A stretch of 64,000 nucleotides of DNA, taken from assembly GCA_034520885.1 (NCBI GenBank), contig JAXHNE010000005.1, positions 77,748 to 141,747 on the forward strand, given 5' to 3'. Position numbers and translations under genes: made by a program. Source of the stretch: Candidatus Saccharimonadota bacterium. Its GTDB lineage: Bacteria > Patescibacteriota > Saccharimonadia > Saccharimonadales > JAXHNE01. The notes beneath the pieces were generated by a model that saw only the letters and a list, made by a program, of their open reading frames with translations, had not been told where the DNA came from and ran no database searches. Positions 17,765 to 27,716 of this stretch are shown piece by piece. How positions within the stretch are numbered: the first letter of the stretch is position 1; every line of letters starts with the position of its first letter.

Positions 17765-18868
17765 ACGCGTGAAACTTTGGAAGCCAACAAATCGGTGTTC
17801 CAGTCCCGGCTTAAAGACTATAAGACACTGATCGACGATGACATTGCCGCGTACGCCAAAAGGGTGAGCGCCCGGACGTTGCAGGATTATGGGAAGTACT
17901 CGCGCGTGGCGTCGGACGCGTATTTTGATATTTTGGCCCGCGGCGGCAAACGGATCCGCGGAGCTTTGGTGCTTTTGGGTTATGAAATGAGCGGTGGCAA
18001 AAATCGGGACTTAGCACTGGAGGCGGCCCGCGCAATAGAAATGATGCACGCCTACATTTTGATTATCGATGACATTCAAGATCGTTCCAGCATTCGCCGC
18101 GGCGGCCCGGCGGCGCATAAAATTTTAGAACAATACCACCGCGACAAATACTTGGCGGGCGAGGCCGAACACTTCGGCGTGGCCGTGGCGCTCAACTCCG
18201 CCCTGGGCGGAGCGCACGCCGCGCAAATGATCTTGGCTACCTTGGATTGCGACGAAGAAATCCGCACCAAAGTACTCGGCATCATGAACCGCACCATGTT
18301 AGTGACCGCGCACGGCCAAACCAACGATATCGTTAACGAACTGATTGCCGATGTCGACGAACAGGCGGTAGAGCGCGTACTGGAATGGAAAACCGCGCAC
18401 TACACGTTTTTGAACCCGCTGCACGTGGGTATGGTGTTAGCCGGGGCGGATTGCCACGACACGGACGCCGTTACCGATTACGCCATGTTCGCCGGCAAAG
18501 CCTTCCAAATTACCGATGATATTTTGGGGACGTTCGGCGCGGAGCAAGAAAGCGGCAAAAGCCCCATGGATGACATCCGCGAAGGTAAGCGTACACTGCT
18601 TACCGTGTACGCCCTGGAACATGCCGGCCAGGCCGATCAGAACTTTTTGATCCAGACTTTGGGCAATCAACATATCACGCCGGCGGAGTTCGAGCGTTGT
18701 AAACATATACTGCAAGATTCCGGCGCACTGGACTACGCCCGCAAGCAAGCCGAGCATAACGCCACCAAGGCCATCGAATCGCTTACGTCGCACGCCACGC
18801 GTTGGTCCGAAGAAGGCGTTGCCTTTTTATCCGGTTTGGCGCAATATTTACTTACCAGAACCACATGA
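17762..18868 (+). CDS. polyprenyl diphosphate synthase (trans-IPPS, FPP/GGPP type)
   Basis: Two Asp-rich motifs, LIIDDIQD and FQITDDILG. Confidence 0.9.
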   Translation: MTRETLEANKSVFQSRLKDYKTLIDDDIAAYAKRVSARTLQDYGKYSRVASDAYFDILARGGKRIRGALVLLGYEMSGGKNRDLALEAARAIEMMHAYILIIDDIQDRSSIRRGGPAAHKILEQYHRDKYLAGEAEHFGVAVALNSALGGAHAAQMILATLDCDEEIRTKVLGIMNRTMLVTAHGQTNDIVNELIADVDEQAVERVLEWKTAHYTFLNPLHVGMVLAGADCHDTDAVTDYAMFAGKAFQITDDILGTFGAEQESGKSPMDDIREGKRTLLTVYALEHAGQADQNFLIQTLGNQHITPAEFERCKHILQDSGALDYARKQAEHNATKAIESLTSHATRWSEEGVAFLSGLAQYLLTRTT

Positions 18869-18886
18869 CGAAGGGACGTATATTTT

Positions 18887-19867
18887 ATGCCAAAGACAAC
18901 CGGTAAACTAGAAAAACGGATTTTCAAGAAGGGGAGTACCACGTACTACTGGAGTAGCCGCTTATTTCCCAAAAAATACCGGGATGATGTTTTTGCGCTG
19001 TATAGTTTTGTGCGCACGGCGGACGATTACGTCGACGAAGAGCCTCCGCAGCCCAAAAAATTACTCCAGCTGGAAAAAGATTGGCACAAGGCCATTAACG
19101 ATCCGTCGTTCGAACAAATCGCCCACAGCTGGGACGATATAGATGAAATTGCCATTAAGCACATCGTACGCCTGACCCATAAATACAAGTTCGATCCGGC
19201 GTGGGTGCAAAGTTTTTTCGACGCCATGAAACAAGACATCGATCACTCGGGCTACGCTAACATTAATGAATCGCTCAAGTACGTCTACGGATCCGCCGAG
19301 GTCGTAGGGTTAATGATGGCCCGAATAATGGGAGTCGATAATCCTGAAAATGTAAGGCGAGTTTTGCATTTGGATGAAGCGCAAGGCGTTCGCGAGAAGC
19401 AGGTCACTGCGGTGCAAAACCTCGCCCGGGCTCAGGGGCGTGCCATGCAGTGGATCAACTTCATTCGTGATGTCGACGAAGATAATCGACTCGGCCGAAC
19501 ATACTTCCCCCGTAATGATTTACGCAAATATAACCTCAAGGATTTATCCAAAGAAACCGCCCGGGCGCAAAAAGCGGATTTTGAACGGTTTATGCGCTAT
19601 CAACTTAAACGTTACGAAAAGTGGCAGGCGGAGGCCGACAAAGGCGTGGAATATATCCCCAAGCGCTTACGTAGCGGGTTAAAAACAGCGGTGGAAATGT
19701 ACAACTGGACCGCCAAAAAAATCGATAAAAATCCGCTGATTGTTTTTGATAAAAAGATAAAACCCAAAAAAATTCGCTTTCTATGGAGCGGCACCAAACG
19801 GGTAAGCAATAAAGCCGCGCGCCTGTTTGCTTCACAGGAAACGCCCGCCAAAAAACAAAAAAAGTAA
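18887..19867 (+). CDS. phytoene/squalene synthase-family protein
   Basis: YYWSSRLFP, FVRTADDYVDE and INFIRDVDED are head-to-head trans-IPPS motifs. Confidence 0.8.
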   Translation: MPKTTGKLEKRIFKKGSTTYYWSSRLFPKKYRDDVFALYSFVRTADDYVDEEPPQPKKLLQLEKDWHKAINDPSFEQIAHSWDDIDEIAIKHIVRLTHKYKFDPAWVQSFFDAMKQDIDHSGYANINESLKYVYGSAEVVGLMMARIMGVDNPENVRRVLHLDEAQGVREKQVTAVQNLARAQGRAMQWINFIRDVDEDNRLGRTYFPRNDLRKYNLKDLSKETARAQKADFERFMRYQLKRYEKWQAEADKGVEYIPKRLRSGLKTAVEMYNWTAKKIDKNPLIVFDKKIKPKKIRFLWSGTKRVSNKAARLFASQETPAKKQKK

Positions 19868-20103
19868 AACGAGCAAGGGGTGCTTAAAACATATCTTTTC
19901 CCTGATTCCCAAGAGCCTCGCAAAGCCAGCTAGCGCGGGAGTTTATTGTTGTCAGGCGTGTTTTGCAAAGTAGCTTGCCGTAGAAGCAAAGTAGTTGATT
20001 TGTCCAAAAACCCCGGTCAGTTTCGTGAATTTTACGTCCATTCGTTGGAGATTTCCGTAAAAACGGATAAGCGCTAGCAATATATGCTGCCATGTTCAGA
20101 GTG

Positions 20104-20120
20104 TATACTGTTAGGTAATG
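20104..20120 (+). promoter_or_regulatory. -10 TATACT 8 nt before the polA ATG
   Basis: TATACT-gttaggta-ATG. Confidence 0.5.
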
Positions 20121-22775
20121 GGAGATAGTAAAAAGCCCAAGAAGTTAGCAATTATTGATGGTAAGTCCGTTTTTTACCGCGGATATTACGCCATGTCGCA
20201 GCTGGCGACCAAGGATGGCACGCCCACCGGCGGGGTGTTCGGCTTCGCCACCATGGCGCTGGAGGTGATCCGCAAACTAAAACCGGATTACGTGTGCGTG
20301 GCGTGGGACAAACCCAAAACCAATATCCGAAAACGCCTAGAGATTTATCCCGAATACAAAGCCGGCCGTAAACCCGCGCCACCGGATTTTTACGAACAAA
20401 TTCCCGTATTGCACGAGCTTTTGGAGGCCTTCGGGTGGCCGCTTTACGAACTGGACGATTACGAAGCCGATGACATTATGGGCGCGCTGGCCGTGCAAGC
20501 CCGCGAAAAGGGACTGCAAACTCTCCTGGTCACGTCCGACCTGGACATGCTTCAACTTATTAACGGCGGCGTTAAAGTCTTCGCACTTAAAAAAGGCCTT
20601 AGTAATATCGAACTGTTCAGCCCGGAAAGCTTTCAAGCCAAGTACGGGTTAAGAACCGATCAGTTTTTGGAACTAAAAGCATTGATGGGCGATAGCTCGG
20701 ATAACATTCCCGGCGCCGCCGGGATCGGTAAAAAGACGGCGACCGAACTGCTACAAAAATACGATACGATCGAAGGAATTTACGATAATTTAGAATTGAT
20801 CAAAGACAGTACCCGTAAAAAGTTGGAAGCGGACAAAGAAATGGTTCACTTGAGCAAAAAGCTGGCAAGTATCATGACGGACGCGCCGCTCAAACTGGAT
20901 CTCAAAGAAGTTGACGGCAGTAAAGCCGATCCGGAAAAGATCCGCGACATCCTCCAAAAACTGGAATTCAAAAGCCTGGTACGCCAGCTGCCGGAAGTCA
21001 TGCGAGTCGAGGAACACCACAACGACCCCGCGCAATTCGTTCACGACCCCAAAGCCAAAACCGTGTTAGTAGAATCGGACAAGGAATTAGATCAGCTAAA
21101 CAAAATAGGGAAGACCGCCTACGTGTTCGGTCGCTCCGCGGGCACGCACGGCCGCAAGCCGACTTGGCTACTACTAAGTGGTGACGGCAAAACCACCTAC
21201 GCCGTAAACTTACAAAAAATATCCGCCAAAGCTCTTAGCTCACAGCTCTCGGCTCTCAGCTCGGTAATCGGGTATAACGTCAAAAACGATCTGCAGATTT
21301 TCATTGAACTGGGATTACCGCTGCCGGAGGTGGCGCACGACGTACTTATCGGTTCGTTTTTAATTAACTGCCTGCGCCGGGAGCAGTCTCTCACCGAACT
21401 GGCCAGTGCGGACATTGGCTATGAAGGTTCGCCGCTGGAGGAGCTCAGCGACGACGAACTGGTGCAAAAAGCCGGGGAAATCATCGCCATTGTAAAGGCG
21501 CTACATAAAGACCAAGAAGCTTCGCTGAAAGATATGCCCAAAGTCGCCAAGCTGGCCCGGGAAATCGAATGGCCGGTTATTCCGGTGCTGGCGCGGATGG
21601 AGTACGAAGGTATCAAGCTAGACGTCGGTTACTTGGAAGCCTTTAACACCGAGCTGGAAGATCAAATCAGCGACTTGGAACAAGAAATTTACGGGCACGC
21701 CAACAAGGAATTCAACATCGGCTCGCCCGCGCAACTTTCTGAGGTGTTGTTTGATGGTCTAGGCCTACCCACCCAAAACATCAAAAAAGGGAAGAGTGCC
21801 TACTCTACCGCCGCCAGTGAGCTGGACAAATTACGCGGCCAGCACCCTATCATTGATTTGATTACTCAGTACCGCGAGGTCACCAAACTCAAAAGTACCT
21901 ACGTGGACACTTTACCCAAACAGGTGGACGATGATTCGCGGCTGCACACCACCTTCGCGCTTACCGTGGCGCAAACCGGGCGCTTGAGTTCTAACGATCC
22001 GAACTTACAAAATATTCCGGTACGCACGGACTTGGGCCGGCGGATTCGTACCGCCTTTACCGCCCGGCCGAAACACATGTTAATTAGCGCTGATTATTCA
22101 CAGTTCGAACTCCGCCTGGCCGCGTTTTTGGCGGGGGATAAAGAATTAATCAGGATGTTCAACGAAGGCGCGGACATTCACGCCGCCACCGCCGCGCAAG
22201 TGTACGGCCGCGAACCGGAAGACATTACCAAACAGATGCGCCGCGACGCCAAAGTCATTAATTTCGGGGTGCTGTACGGCATGAGCCCGCACGGGTTGGT
22301 GCAGGCCACCGGCATGACGTACGACGCCGCCAAAACCTATATCGACAAATACTTTCAACTGCGAAAACCCTTGCTGGAATACATGAATTCGCTTAAAGAA
22401 AAGGCCAAAACCGACGGCTACGTGGAAACGCTGTTCGGCCGCCGCCGACCCATGCCGGATATTAAATCCAGCAATTTCATGGTGCGCTCGGCCGCGGAAC
22501 GCGCGGCGATTAACATGCCGATTCAGGGCACGGAAGCCGATTTAATGAAAATGGCGATGGTCGCGGTAGACCGCGAGCTCAAAGCTCAAAGCTCAAAGCT
22601 GAAAGAACTGCCCAAACAGCTTTTGCAAATTCATGATTCCATTTTAGTGGAGTGCCACGAGGACGACGCCGAAGCCGTCGCCAAAGACTTAAAGCGAACT
22701 ATGGAAGGGGTGTATGAGCTGCCCGTCAAGCTAACGGTAGATACTACAATAGGTCGCAACTGGGGCGAACTGTAA
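20118..22775 (+). CDS. polA: DNA polymerase I
   Basis: 885 aa with a 5' nuclease N-terminus. Polymerase motif A ADYSQFELR, motif B RRDAKVINFGVLYG, motif C QIHDSILVE. Confidence 0.97.
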   Translation: MGDSKKPKKLAIIDGKSVFYRGYYAMSQLATKDGTPTGGVFGFATMALEVIRKLKPDYVCVAWDKPKTNIRKRLEIYPEYKAGRKPAPPDFYEQIPVLHELLEAFGWPLYELDDYEADDIMGALAVQAREKGLQTLLVTSDLDMLQLINGGVKVFALKKGLSNIELFSPESFQAKYGLRTDQFLELKALMGDSSDNIPGAAGIGKKTATELLQKYDTIEGIYDNLELIKDSTRKKLEADKEMVHLSKKLASIMTDAPLKLDLKEVDGSKADPEKIRDILQKLEFKSLVRQLPEVMRVEEHHNDPAQFVHDPKAKTVLVESDKELDQLNKIGKTAYVFGRSAGTHGRKPTWLLLSGDGKTTYAVNLQKISAKALSSQLSALSSVIGYNVKNDLQIFIELGLPLPEVAHDVLIGSFLINCLRREQSLTELASADIGYEGSPLEELSDDELVQKAGEIIAIVKALHKDQEASLKDMPKVAKLAREIEWPVIPVLARMEYEGIKLDVGYLEAFNTELEDQISDLEQEIYGHANKEFNIGSPAQLSEVLFDGLGLPTQNIKKGKSAYSTAASELDKLRGQHPIIDLITQYREVTKLKSTYVDTLPKQVDDDSRLHTTFALTVAQTGRLSSNDPNLQNIPVRTDLGRRIRTAFTARPKHMLISADYSQFELRLAAFLAGDKELIRMFNEGADIHAATAAQVYGREPEDITKQMRRDAKVINFGVLYGMSPHGLVQATGMTYDAAKTYIDKYFQLRKPLLEYMNSLKEKAKTDGYVETLFGRRRPMPDIKSSNFMVRSAAERAAINMPIQGTEADLMKMAMVAVDRELKAQSSKLKELPKQLLQIHDSILVECHEDDAEAVAKDLKRTMEGVYELPVKLTVDTTIGRNWGEL

Positions 22776-22944
22776 CGCACGCACCACATCAGTCTGCCAA
22801 CCAGCATAGCTGGTTGCGCTACTGATGCTCTTGGCACATTTTGACTGTTTTTGCTGTGGTTCACAGTCAATGTATAGAGCGTATACATCTCTTTTGCGGT
22901 CCTCGCAAAGAACAGCCAAACTGCACTCAAGTGCGTGCGTTACA
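22771..22944. repeat. 14-bp perfect inverted repeat pair flanking 146 bp just after polA
   Basis: TGTAACGCACGCAC (22771-22784, includes the polA stop) pairs with GTGCGTGCGTTACA (22931-22944). A third half-site lies at 22991-23007. Confidence 0.7.
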
Positions 22945-23087
22945 GCCAACTCTTCGAGTAAAGTGCAGAGAAATTGCACTGGAGCCTAAAGTGTGTCCGT
23001 TACAGCCCTACTCGCCGAAGCAATGAATAGCTAAATTGAACTCAGTACGCTCGTGCTACACTTCCTCCACTGTTAGAGATATACTAT

Positions 23088-23789
23088 TTGTTGACTATGA
23101 ATGATTATGGCAGAAAGTACGCGGAGTTCGCCAAAGAATCTTTTAGCTGGCGTTATATTGAGCGCCCAGCACTAGAGCGTGTCTTACCGGGCGATGCATA
23201 CAGTGACGAGACCGAAGTACTGGATATTGGTTGTTCGGCAGGGAGGGTTGTTGATTTTCACTTACGAACCAGTTGTCGTGAATCAAATGTAACTGGCATT
23301 GATCCGGATGAGACAACTATAGAAATGGCAAAGGAGAATTTTCCAGAAGCTACCTTTATTAATAAGCGCATCCAAGATGTTGACCTAGCAGACCGTACTT
23401 ACGATATCGTAACGGCACAGCTAAGCTTACGGTATCTTGATAATAGTGAGCTTGCTCAGGTACTAGGGAGTGTGGCTTCATCACTGAAGCCGAATGGTAT
23501 ATTCGTCATGCTCGACACGCATCCCGCCAGACATGCCTTAACGGATGGTTTTGAACGGTATAGCGAAGAAGGTGTGCGCACAGCAGCAACACCGTGGGGT
23601 GGAAGTGAGTCGTTTTACTACCGCACCATTTCTACTTACATTAATTCCATAATTGAAGCTAGCTTGAGCATAGGTCGGTTTGATGAATGTCCCATCGAAT
23701 CCGAAGCAAAAGAAGATTACCCAGACGAATATAAACGATATAACAGATCACCGGCACGCTTTATGATCATGGCTCGCAAATCTAATTAA
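23088..23789 (+). CDS. class I SAM-dependent methyltransferase
   Basis: Motif I is VLDIGCSAGR. ATG 23097 is the more likely start. Confidence 0.8.
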   Translation: MLTMNDYGRKYAEFAKESFSWRYIERPALERVLPGDAYSDETEVLDIGCSAGRVVDFHLRTSCRESNVTGIDPDETTIEMAKENFPEATFINKRIQDVDLADRTYDIVTAQLSLRYLDNSELAQVLGSVASSLKPNGIFVMLDTHPARHALTDGFERYSEEGVRTAATPWGGSESFYYRTISTYINSIIEASLSIGRFDECPIESEAKEDYPDEYKRYNRSPARFMIMARKSN

Positions 23790-23812
23790 TACTAGAATTA
23801 ATTCTAGTATTA
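23787..23812. promoter_or_regulatory. perfect 26-bp palindrome TAATACTAGAATTAATTCTAGTATTA, candidate operator
   Basis: Starts at the methyltransferase stop codon, about 50 bp upstream of the AbrB-like gene. Confidence 0.5.
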
Positions 23813-23863
23813 ATGCTAGTATTATTAACAGATATAAATTTTAAATTCGGGGAGGGAAGTTAT

Positions 23864-24037
23864 ATGGCCAATAAAGCGCATAATGAACGCAACGTTCGAA
23901 ATCTTCAAAACTCTAACGGCACGTATTACGTCACGCTGCCGATCGAGTTAGTCAAAGAACTTAAGTGGCGCGAACGCCAAAAAGTAGTCGTGGAAAAGTT
24001 CGGCGAAGACCTAAAAATAACCGACTGGAAGAAATAG
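23864..24037 (+). CDS. AbrB/SpoVT-type DNA-binding protein
   Basis: 57 aa. YYVTLPIELVKELKWRERQKVVVE is a swapped-hairpin pattern. GGGGAGGGAAG lies before the ATG. Confidence 0.6.
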   Translation: MANKAHNERNVRNLQNSNGTYYVTLPIELVKELKWRERQKVVVEKFGEDLKITDWKK

Positions 24038-24041
24038 CGGC

Positions 24042-24070
24042 TTGACGTCAAAACGTCAAAACGTTAATCT
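24042..24070 (+). promoter_or_regulatory. sigma70-type promoter with repeat operator for the RelBE-like operon
   Basis: TTGACG-N17-TAATCT. The spacer contains the GTCAAAAC direct repeat and the TTGACGTCAA palindrome. Confidence 0.5.
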
Positions 24071-24076
24071 GAGTGC

Positions 24077-24337
24077 ATGACCAAGCTTACGCCCAAAGAC
24101 ACCAAAGAAAAGCTGGAAAAGCAGACCGTATACTTGCCAAAGGAGTTCCGGCGTTATGTTCGTATGCAAGCCGCGCGCCAGCAAATGACTATTTCGGACT
24201 ATTTCATTCAAAAAATCGAGGAAGATCTCCAGGATTTAGAGGACATAAAAGCCATTGAAGAAGCAAAAAACTCCAAAGAAGACTACTATTCTTTGGAGGA
24301 ATTCACCAGGTTGTTAAAGCAAGATGGCATCTTATAA
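24077..24337 (+). CDS. type II antitoxin, ribbon-helix-helix type
   Basis: TVYLPKEFRRYVRMQAARQQMTISDYF. Overlaps the toxin gene by 14 nt. Confidence 0.65.
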   Translation: MTKLTPKDTKEKLEKQTVYLPKEFRRYVRMQAARQQMTISDYFIQKIEEDLQDLEDIKAIEEAKNSKEDYYSLEEFTRLLKQDGIL

Positions 24338-24584
24338 ATTACGAATTGCCAAACGGTTTTACAAAGATATAAAAAAGATCGACCAAAAGGACGCGGCAAG
24401 AATTTACAAAGCGGTGGTCAAGTTGGCGAATAACCCTGATCCTCCGGCAGCGAAACAGTTGCGAAATACTACTATGCGTAGTTTGCGAGTCGGGCAGTAC
24501 CGGGTGCTTTTTGAAATCCAGCGAGCCGAGCTGATAGTTTATGTTTTTAAAGCAGGACACAGAAAGGACGTTTACAGGAAATGA
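24324..24584 (+). CDS. RelE/ParE-superfamily toxin
   Basis: 86 aa with LRVGQYRVLFEIQRAELIVYVFKAGHRKDVYR. Confidence 0.88.
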   Translation: MASYKLRIAKRFYKDIKKIDQKDAARIYKAVVKLANNPDPPAAKQLRNTTMRSLRVGQYRVLFEIQRAELIVYVFKAGHRKDVYRK

Positions 24585-25198
24585 CCAACTGGAAACAGGT
24601 GACAGTTGATACTTACAATAAGTCTGCAAAAGAACTGGCTGAGTATTTTCGAGGTATTGGTTCGCGGGTAAAAGACATAGAAAAGGCCTTGGAGCTTGCT
24701 GGAAACACCAACAACCCAAAAGTTCTTGAAATTGGGTGCGGTGATGGGCGTGATGCTAAAGAAATCGTCAAGCGGACTAAAAGTTACTTAGGCTTCGATA
24801 TTTCAGAAGAGCTCATCAAGCTTGCTAAAGTTCACGCACCAGGAGGTAAGTTTGTTGTTGCGGACGCAGTACGTTTTAATTATGGAAAAGACAACTACGA
24901 CGTTGTTTTTGCGTTTGCCTCATTACTGCACCTCAACAAAAGTGAGGTAGGTGATGTTTTGCAAAAGGTTCATGTCGCACTAAAAGAGAATGGCGTGTTT
25001 TACGTGTCACTTAAACTAGCGAATACCTACGAGGAAAAAGTAAAGGACGATAAGTTTGGAAAGCGGATGTTTTACTTCTACAACCCGCAAGTCATCAAAG
25101 AGCTAGCCGGAGATGCGTATGAGGTAGTCGATGAAGACGGCGGTTTTGTGACAGTCGGCAACACAAAGTGGTTTGAGATGGCGCTGCGTAAAAGATGA
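24581..25198 (+). CDS. class I SAM-dependent methyltransferase
   Basis: Motif I is VLEIGCGDGRD. Overlaps the toxin stop by 4 nt. Confidence 0.82.
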   Translation: MTNWKQVTVDTYNKSAKELAEYFRGIGSRVKDIEKALELAGNTNNPKVLEIGCGDGRDAKEIVKRTKSYLGFDISEELIKLAKVHAPGGKFVVADAVRFNYGKDNYDVVFAFASLLHLNKSEVGDVLQKVHVALKENGVFYVSLKLANTYEEKVKDDKFGKRMFYFYNPQVIKELAGDAYEVVDEDGGFVTVGNTKWFEMALRKR

Positions 25199-25234
25199 CA
25201 GAGCATCTGGCACCTTATTGATACAATTAATCTA

Positions 25235-25636
25235 ATGAAGACGTTTCATATTGGCGTGAAGGCAATAATTGTTGACCAAGATAAAACCTTGCTACTCAAA
25301 ACCAACGAAGAGCGGGGCAGTAGGTGGGAGGTGCCCGGTGGCAGAATTGATGATAACGAATCGATCCCGGAGACTCTTAAGCGCGAGCTTGAAGAAGAAA
25401 TTCTAAATATTCGCTCCATCGAAGTAAAAGAAATAGTGCACGTCCACCGCCTACAAAAAGACATAGAGGGCAGCATTAGCCTTACGCTGTTATTTTATGA
25501 AGTGACGGCAACTTTTGACGGTGCTATTGCCTTGAGCGACGAACACGTAGACTATAAGTGGTGCACAAGGGAAGAAGTAGCAGAATTCGTCCAACCGGAG
25601 TTAGCAGAAATCATTCAAAAGGCTTTTGATGAGTGA
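25235..25636 (+). CDS. Nudix hydrolase
   Basis: Nudix box GGRIDDNESIPETLKRELEEEI. Confidence 0.88.
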   Translation: MKTFHIGVKAIIVDQDKTLLLKTNEERGSRWEVPGGRIDDNESIPETLKRELEEEILNIRSIEVKEIVHVHRLQKDIEGSISLTLLFYEVTATFDGAIALSDEHVDYKWCTREEVAEFVQPELAEIIQKAFDE

Positions 25637-26141
25637 TATTGAATATTTTGATGTAGTTGATGAAAATGACCGGCCTAACGGTGAAAAAACTACGAAGGCC
25701 GAAGCTCACGAACATAGAATTATACATCGTTGCGCGGCGGTGTTCGTTTTTAATCAAAACGGTAACTTGTACGTGCAGGAACATCTAAAGCACAACAACA
25801 AGCTAGATCACACCGTCGGTGGTCATGTGTCGGCAGGCGAGGATTACGAAACGGCAGCTTACCGTGAAATGGCGGAGGAAATCGGCTTGAGTGGCGTTAA
25901 ACTACAAGAAGTAGCAACTGGCTATTATTCTGACGAAGGAGTGTATATCCATATGTTCGGGATTTTTAAATGTACTGCTCCCAAAGCGTGGGAATTTACC
26001 CCCAACGATGAAGTCGAAGTTATCTACCCGATGCCGGTTGAGAAAATCGTAAAACAAATGCAAAGTCACCCCGAAAAATTCACCGGCGGGTTCATAAATA
26101 CCATGAAAAAATACTTGGGAGCAACGAGCGAGAAATCCTAG
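25626..26141 (+). CDS. Nudix hydrolase
   Basis: Nudix box GGHVSAGEDYETAAYREMAEEIGL. Confidence 0.85.
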   Translation: MMSDIEYFDVVDENDRPNGEKTTKAEAHEHRIIHRCAAVFVFNQNGNLYVQEHLKHNNKLDHTVGGHVSAGEDYETAAYREMAEEIGLSGVKLQEVATGYYSDEGVYIHMFGIFKCTAPKAWEFTPNDEVEVIYPMPVEKIVKQMQSHPEKFTGGFINTMKKYLGATSEKS

Positions 26142-27046
26142 CGGCGTTGTTCGCGGGCGGCGGCTTTGTCTAGCTGATTGAGTCGTTTGTGGATTTTATC
26201 GCGGGCTTCTTTGGCTTCGTCACTTAAGTCCTCAATTTCGTCGATATGCCACTTTTCGAATGTAGGGTCGACCACATTCTTTTTGAACTTAGTGAAGTTA
26301 TAAATACCGGTTTTTTGGATGGCTCGGGCGTGGTCACGAAAACCGGGTATGCCGGTTCCGGGCATATCGAAGCCCCGAAGTTGCCGCTCGGCGGCGATCA
26401 TCATGGCCGAAGGATCCAGAGCGAACGCGGCTCGCGCTAAGTCACGGTAAAAGATGTGATGCAACTGTTCGTCACCAGCCACGTGGGACATGACATCGAA
26501 CCCACCGAATTCGTCGCCAAGGATGCGGCCAGTACCGCTATGCGCGACGCGAGTGGCAAGTTCTTGCAAAGAAGTGTATACAAGCATGTCCGTTAGGTCG
26601 TCCGGCTGAGGAACTTCGCCGCTTTTGATTTGTACGCTCCGGGCTTTGTCCAGCTTTAGCGGGTCAATCGCTCGAGTCACGTGTATCCATTCCCGAATAA
26701 CGGTCGCGTGGTTGTCTTCTTCGCTCGTCCACTGGCGCGCCCATTCGCTCCACGGATGCTCACGGTTCGGCGGGCTCCAGCGATGGATAGTTTCGTAATA
26801 ATACGGAAGATTGTCTTCCGTTAGTAGATTCACGAAGAGCGCGCTTCGCACGCCATCCGACAAATCGTATTCGTCCGGCCGCCACTCATCGCCGGACTGG
26901 TAATCGCGGCCATGAGAGTAGGGTACGAGCTCGTACGGATGCCATTCGCCCTTCTTTTCTTTGCTTTCCAGGTGTCTGTCGTACAAACGTTCTACTTCCG
27001 GTGTAAGGTCTTCTAATAGCTTGATGTTGGGATCAATTTCCGTCAT
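26138..27046 (-). CDS. soluble diiron acyl-ACP desaturase family protein
   Basis: Two E-x-x-H diiron motifs (SEEDNHATVI and GDEQLHHIF), plus TSLQELATRV. Confidence 0.85.
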   Translation of the reverse strand: MTEIDPNIKLLEDLTPEVERLYDRHLESKEKKGEWHPYELVPYSHGRDYQSGDEWRPDEYDLSDGVRSALFVNLLTEDNLPYYYETIHRWSPPNREHPWSEWARQWTSEEDNHATVIREWIHVTRAIDPLKLDKARSVQIKSGEVPQPDDLTDMLVYTSLQELATRVAHSGTGRILGDEFGGFDVMSHVAGDEQLHHIFYRDLARAAFALDPSAMMIAAERQLRGFDMPGTGIPGFRDHARAIQKTGIYNFTKFKKNVVDPTFEKWHIDEIEDLSDEAKEARDKIHKRLNQLDKAAAREQRR

Positions 27047-27139
27047 AAGAACTCCTTATTTGTATCTATGGTACAACAAGTCAATGTCAAGCGTAAGGGT
27101 GTTGCAATAATTAGGTAATTATGCTATAATTACAATGTT

Positions 27140-27697
27140 ATGAGATACATTTTAGGTGTTTTGGCCACTATATTTATTCTGATTGCCGTTATTTTTTGGG
27201 CATTGAGTGGCGGTCCTTCAGAGGTCGTAGAAGAAGATGACGCTGCAAAGCTTTCTACTTATGCGGACTCGTCTGCAAAAGTAAGCTACGAAGTAAGAGG
27301 TGAAATTGTTGCTAACGAAGAGCACCAATCTATTCGCTTTACGATTGATCGAAATCAGCGTGTATTTGAGGTATTTGATGGATATCAGAAAAAGGTAATC
27401 AAGAAAAAGACATTTTCAAATAACTCCAAAGCTTATGAGGAATTTATATATGCGCTCGACCGAGCAGGTTTTATTAACCAGCAAGAGGCCGATTTTGATA
27501 CCGAAAAGGGTGTGTGTCCTGAAGGAAATGTCATGGTATATAAACTTGCCGACCAAGGCGAAGATATTTCACGATTATGGTCAGGATCGTGCGATGACGA
27601 AGCCGGAACTTTCGGCGGCGATGACGACGACGTGGAAGATTTGTTCGAAGCCCAGATCCCCGATTACCGGGATATCGCCCGCGACGTTAATCTGTAA
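27140..27697 (+). CDS. hypothetical membrane-anchored protein
   Basis: 185 aa with an N-terminal TM segment and an acidic C-terminus. Confidence 0.5.
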   Translation: MRYILGVLATIFILIAVIFWALSGGPSEVVEEDDAAKLSTYADSSAKVSYEVRGEIVANEEHQSIRFTIDRNQRVFEVFDGYQKKVIKKKTFSNNSKAYEEFIYALDRAGFINQQEADFDTEKGVCPEGNVMVYKLADQGEDISRLWSGSCDDEAGTFGGDDDDVEDLFEAQIPDYRDIARDVNL

Positions 27698-27716
27698 GTC
27701 AGCTTACTCGGGCTGC

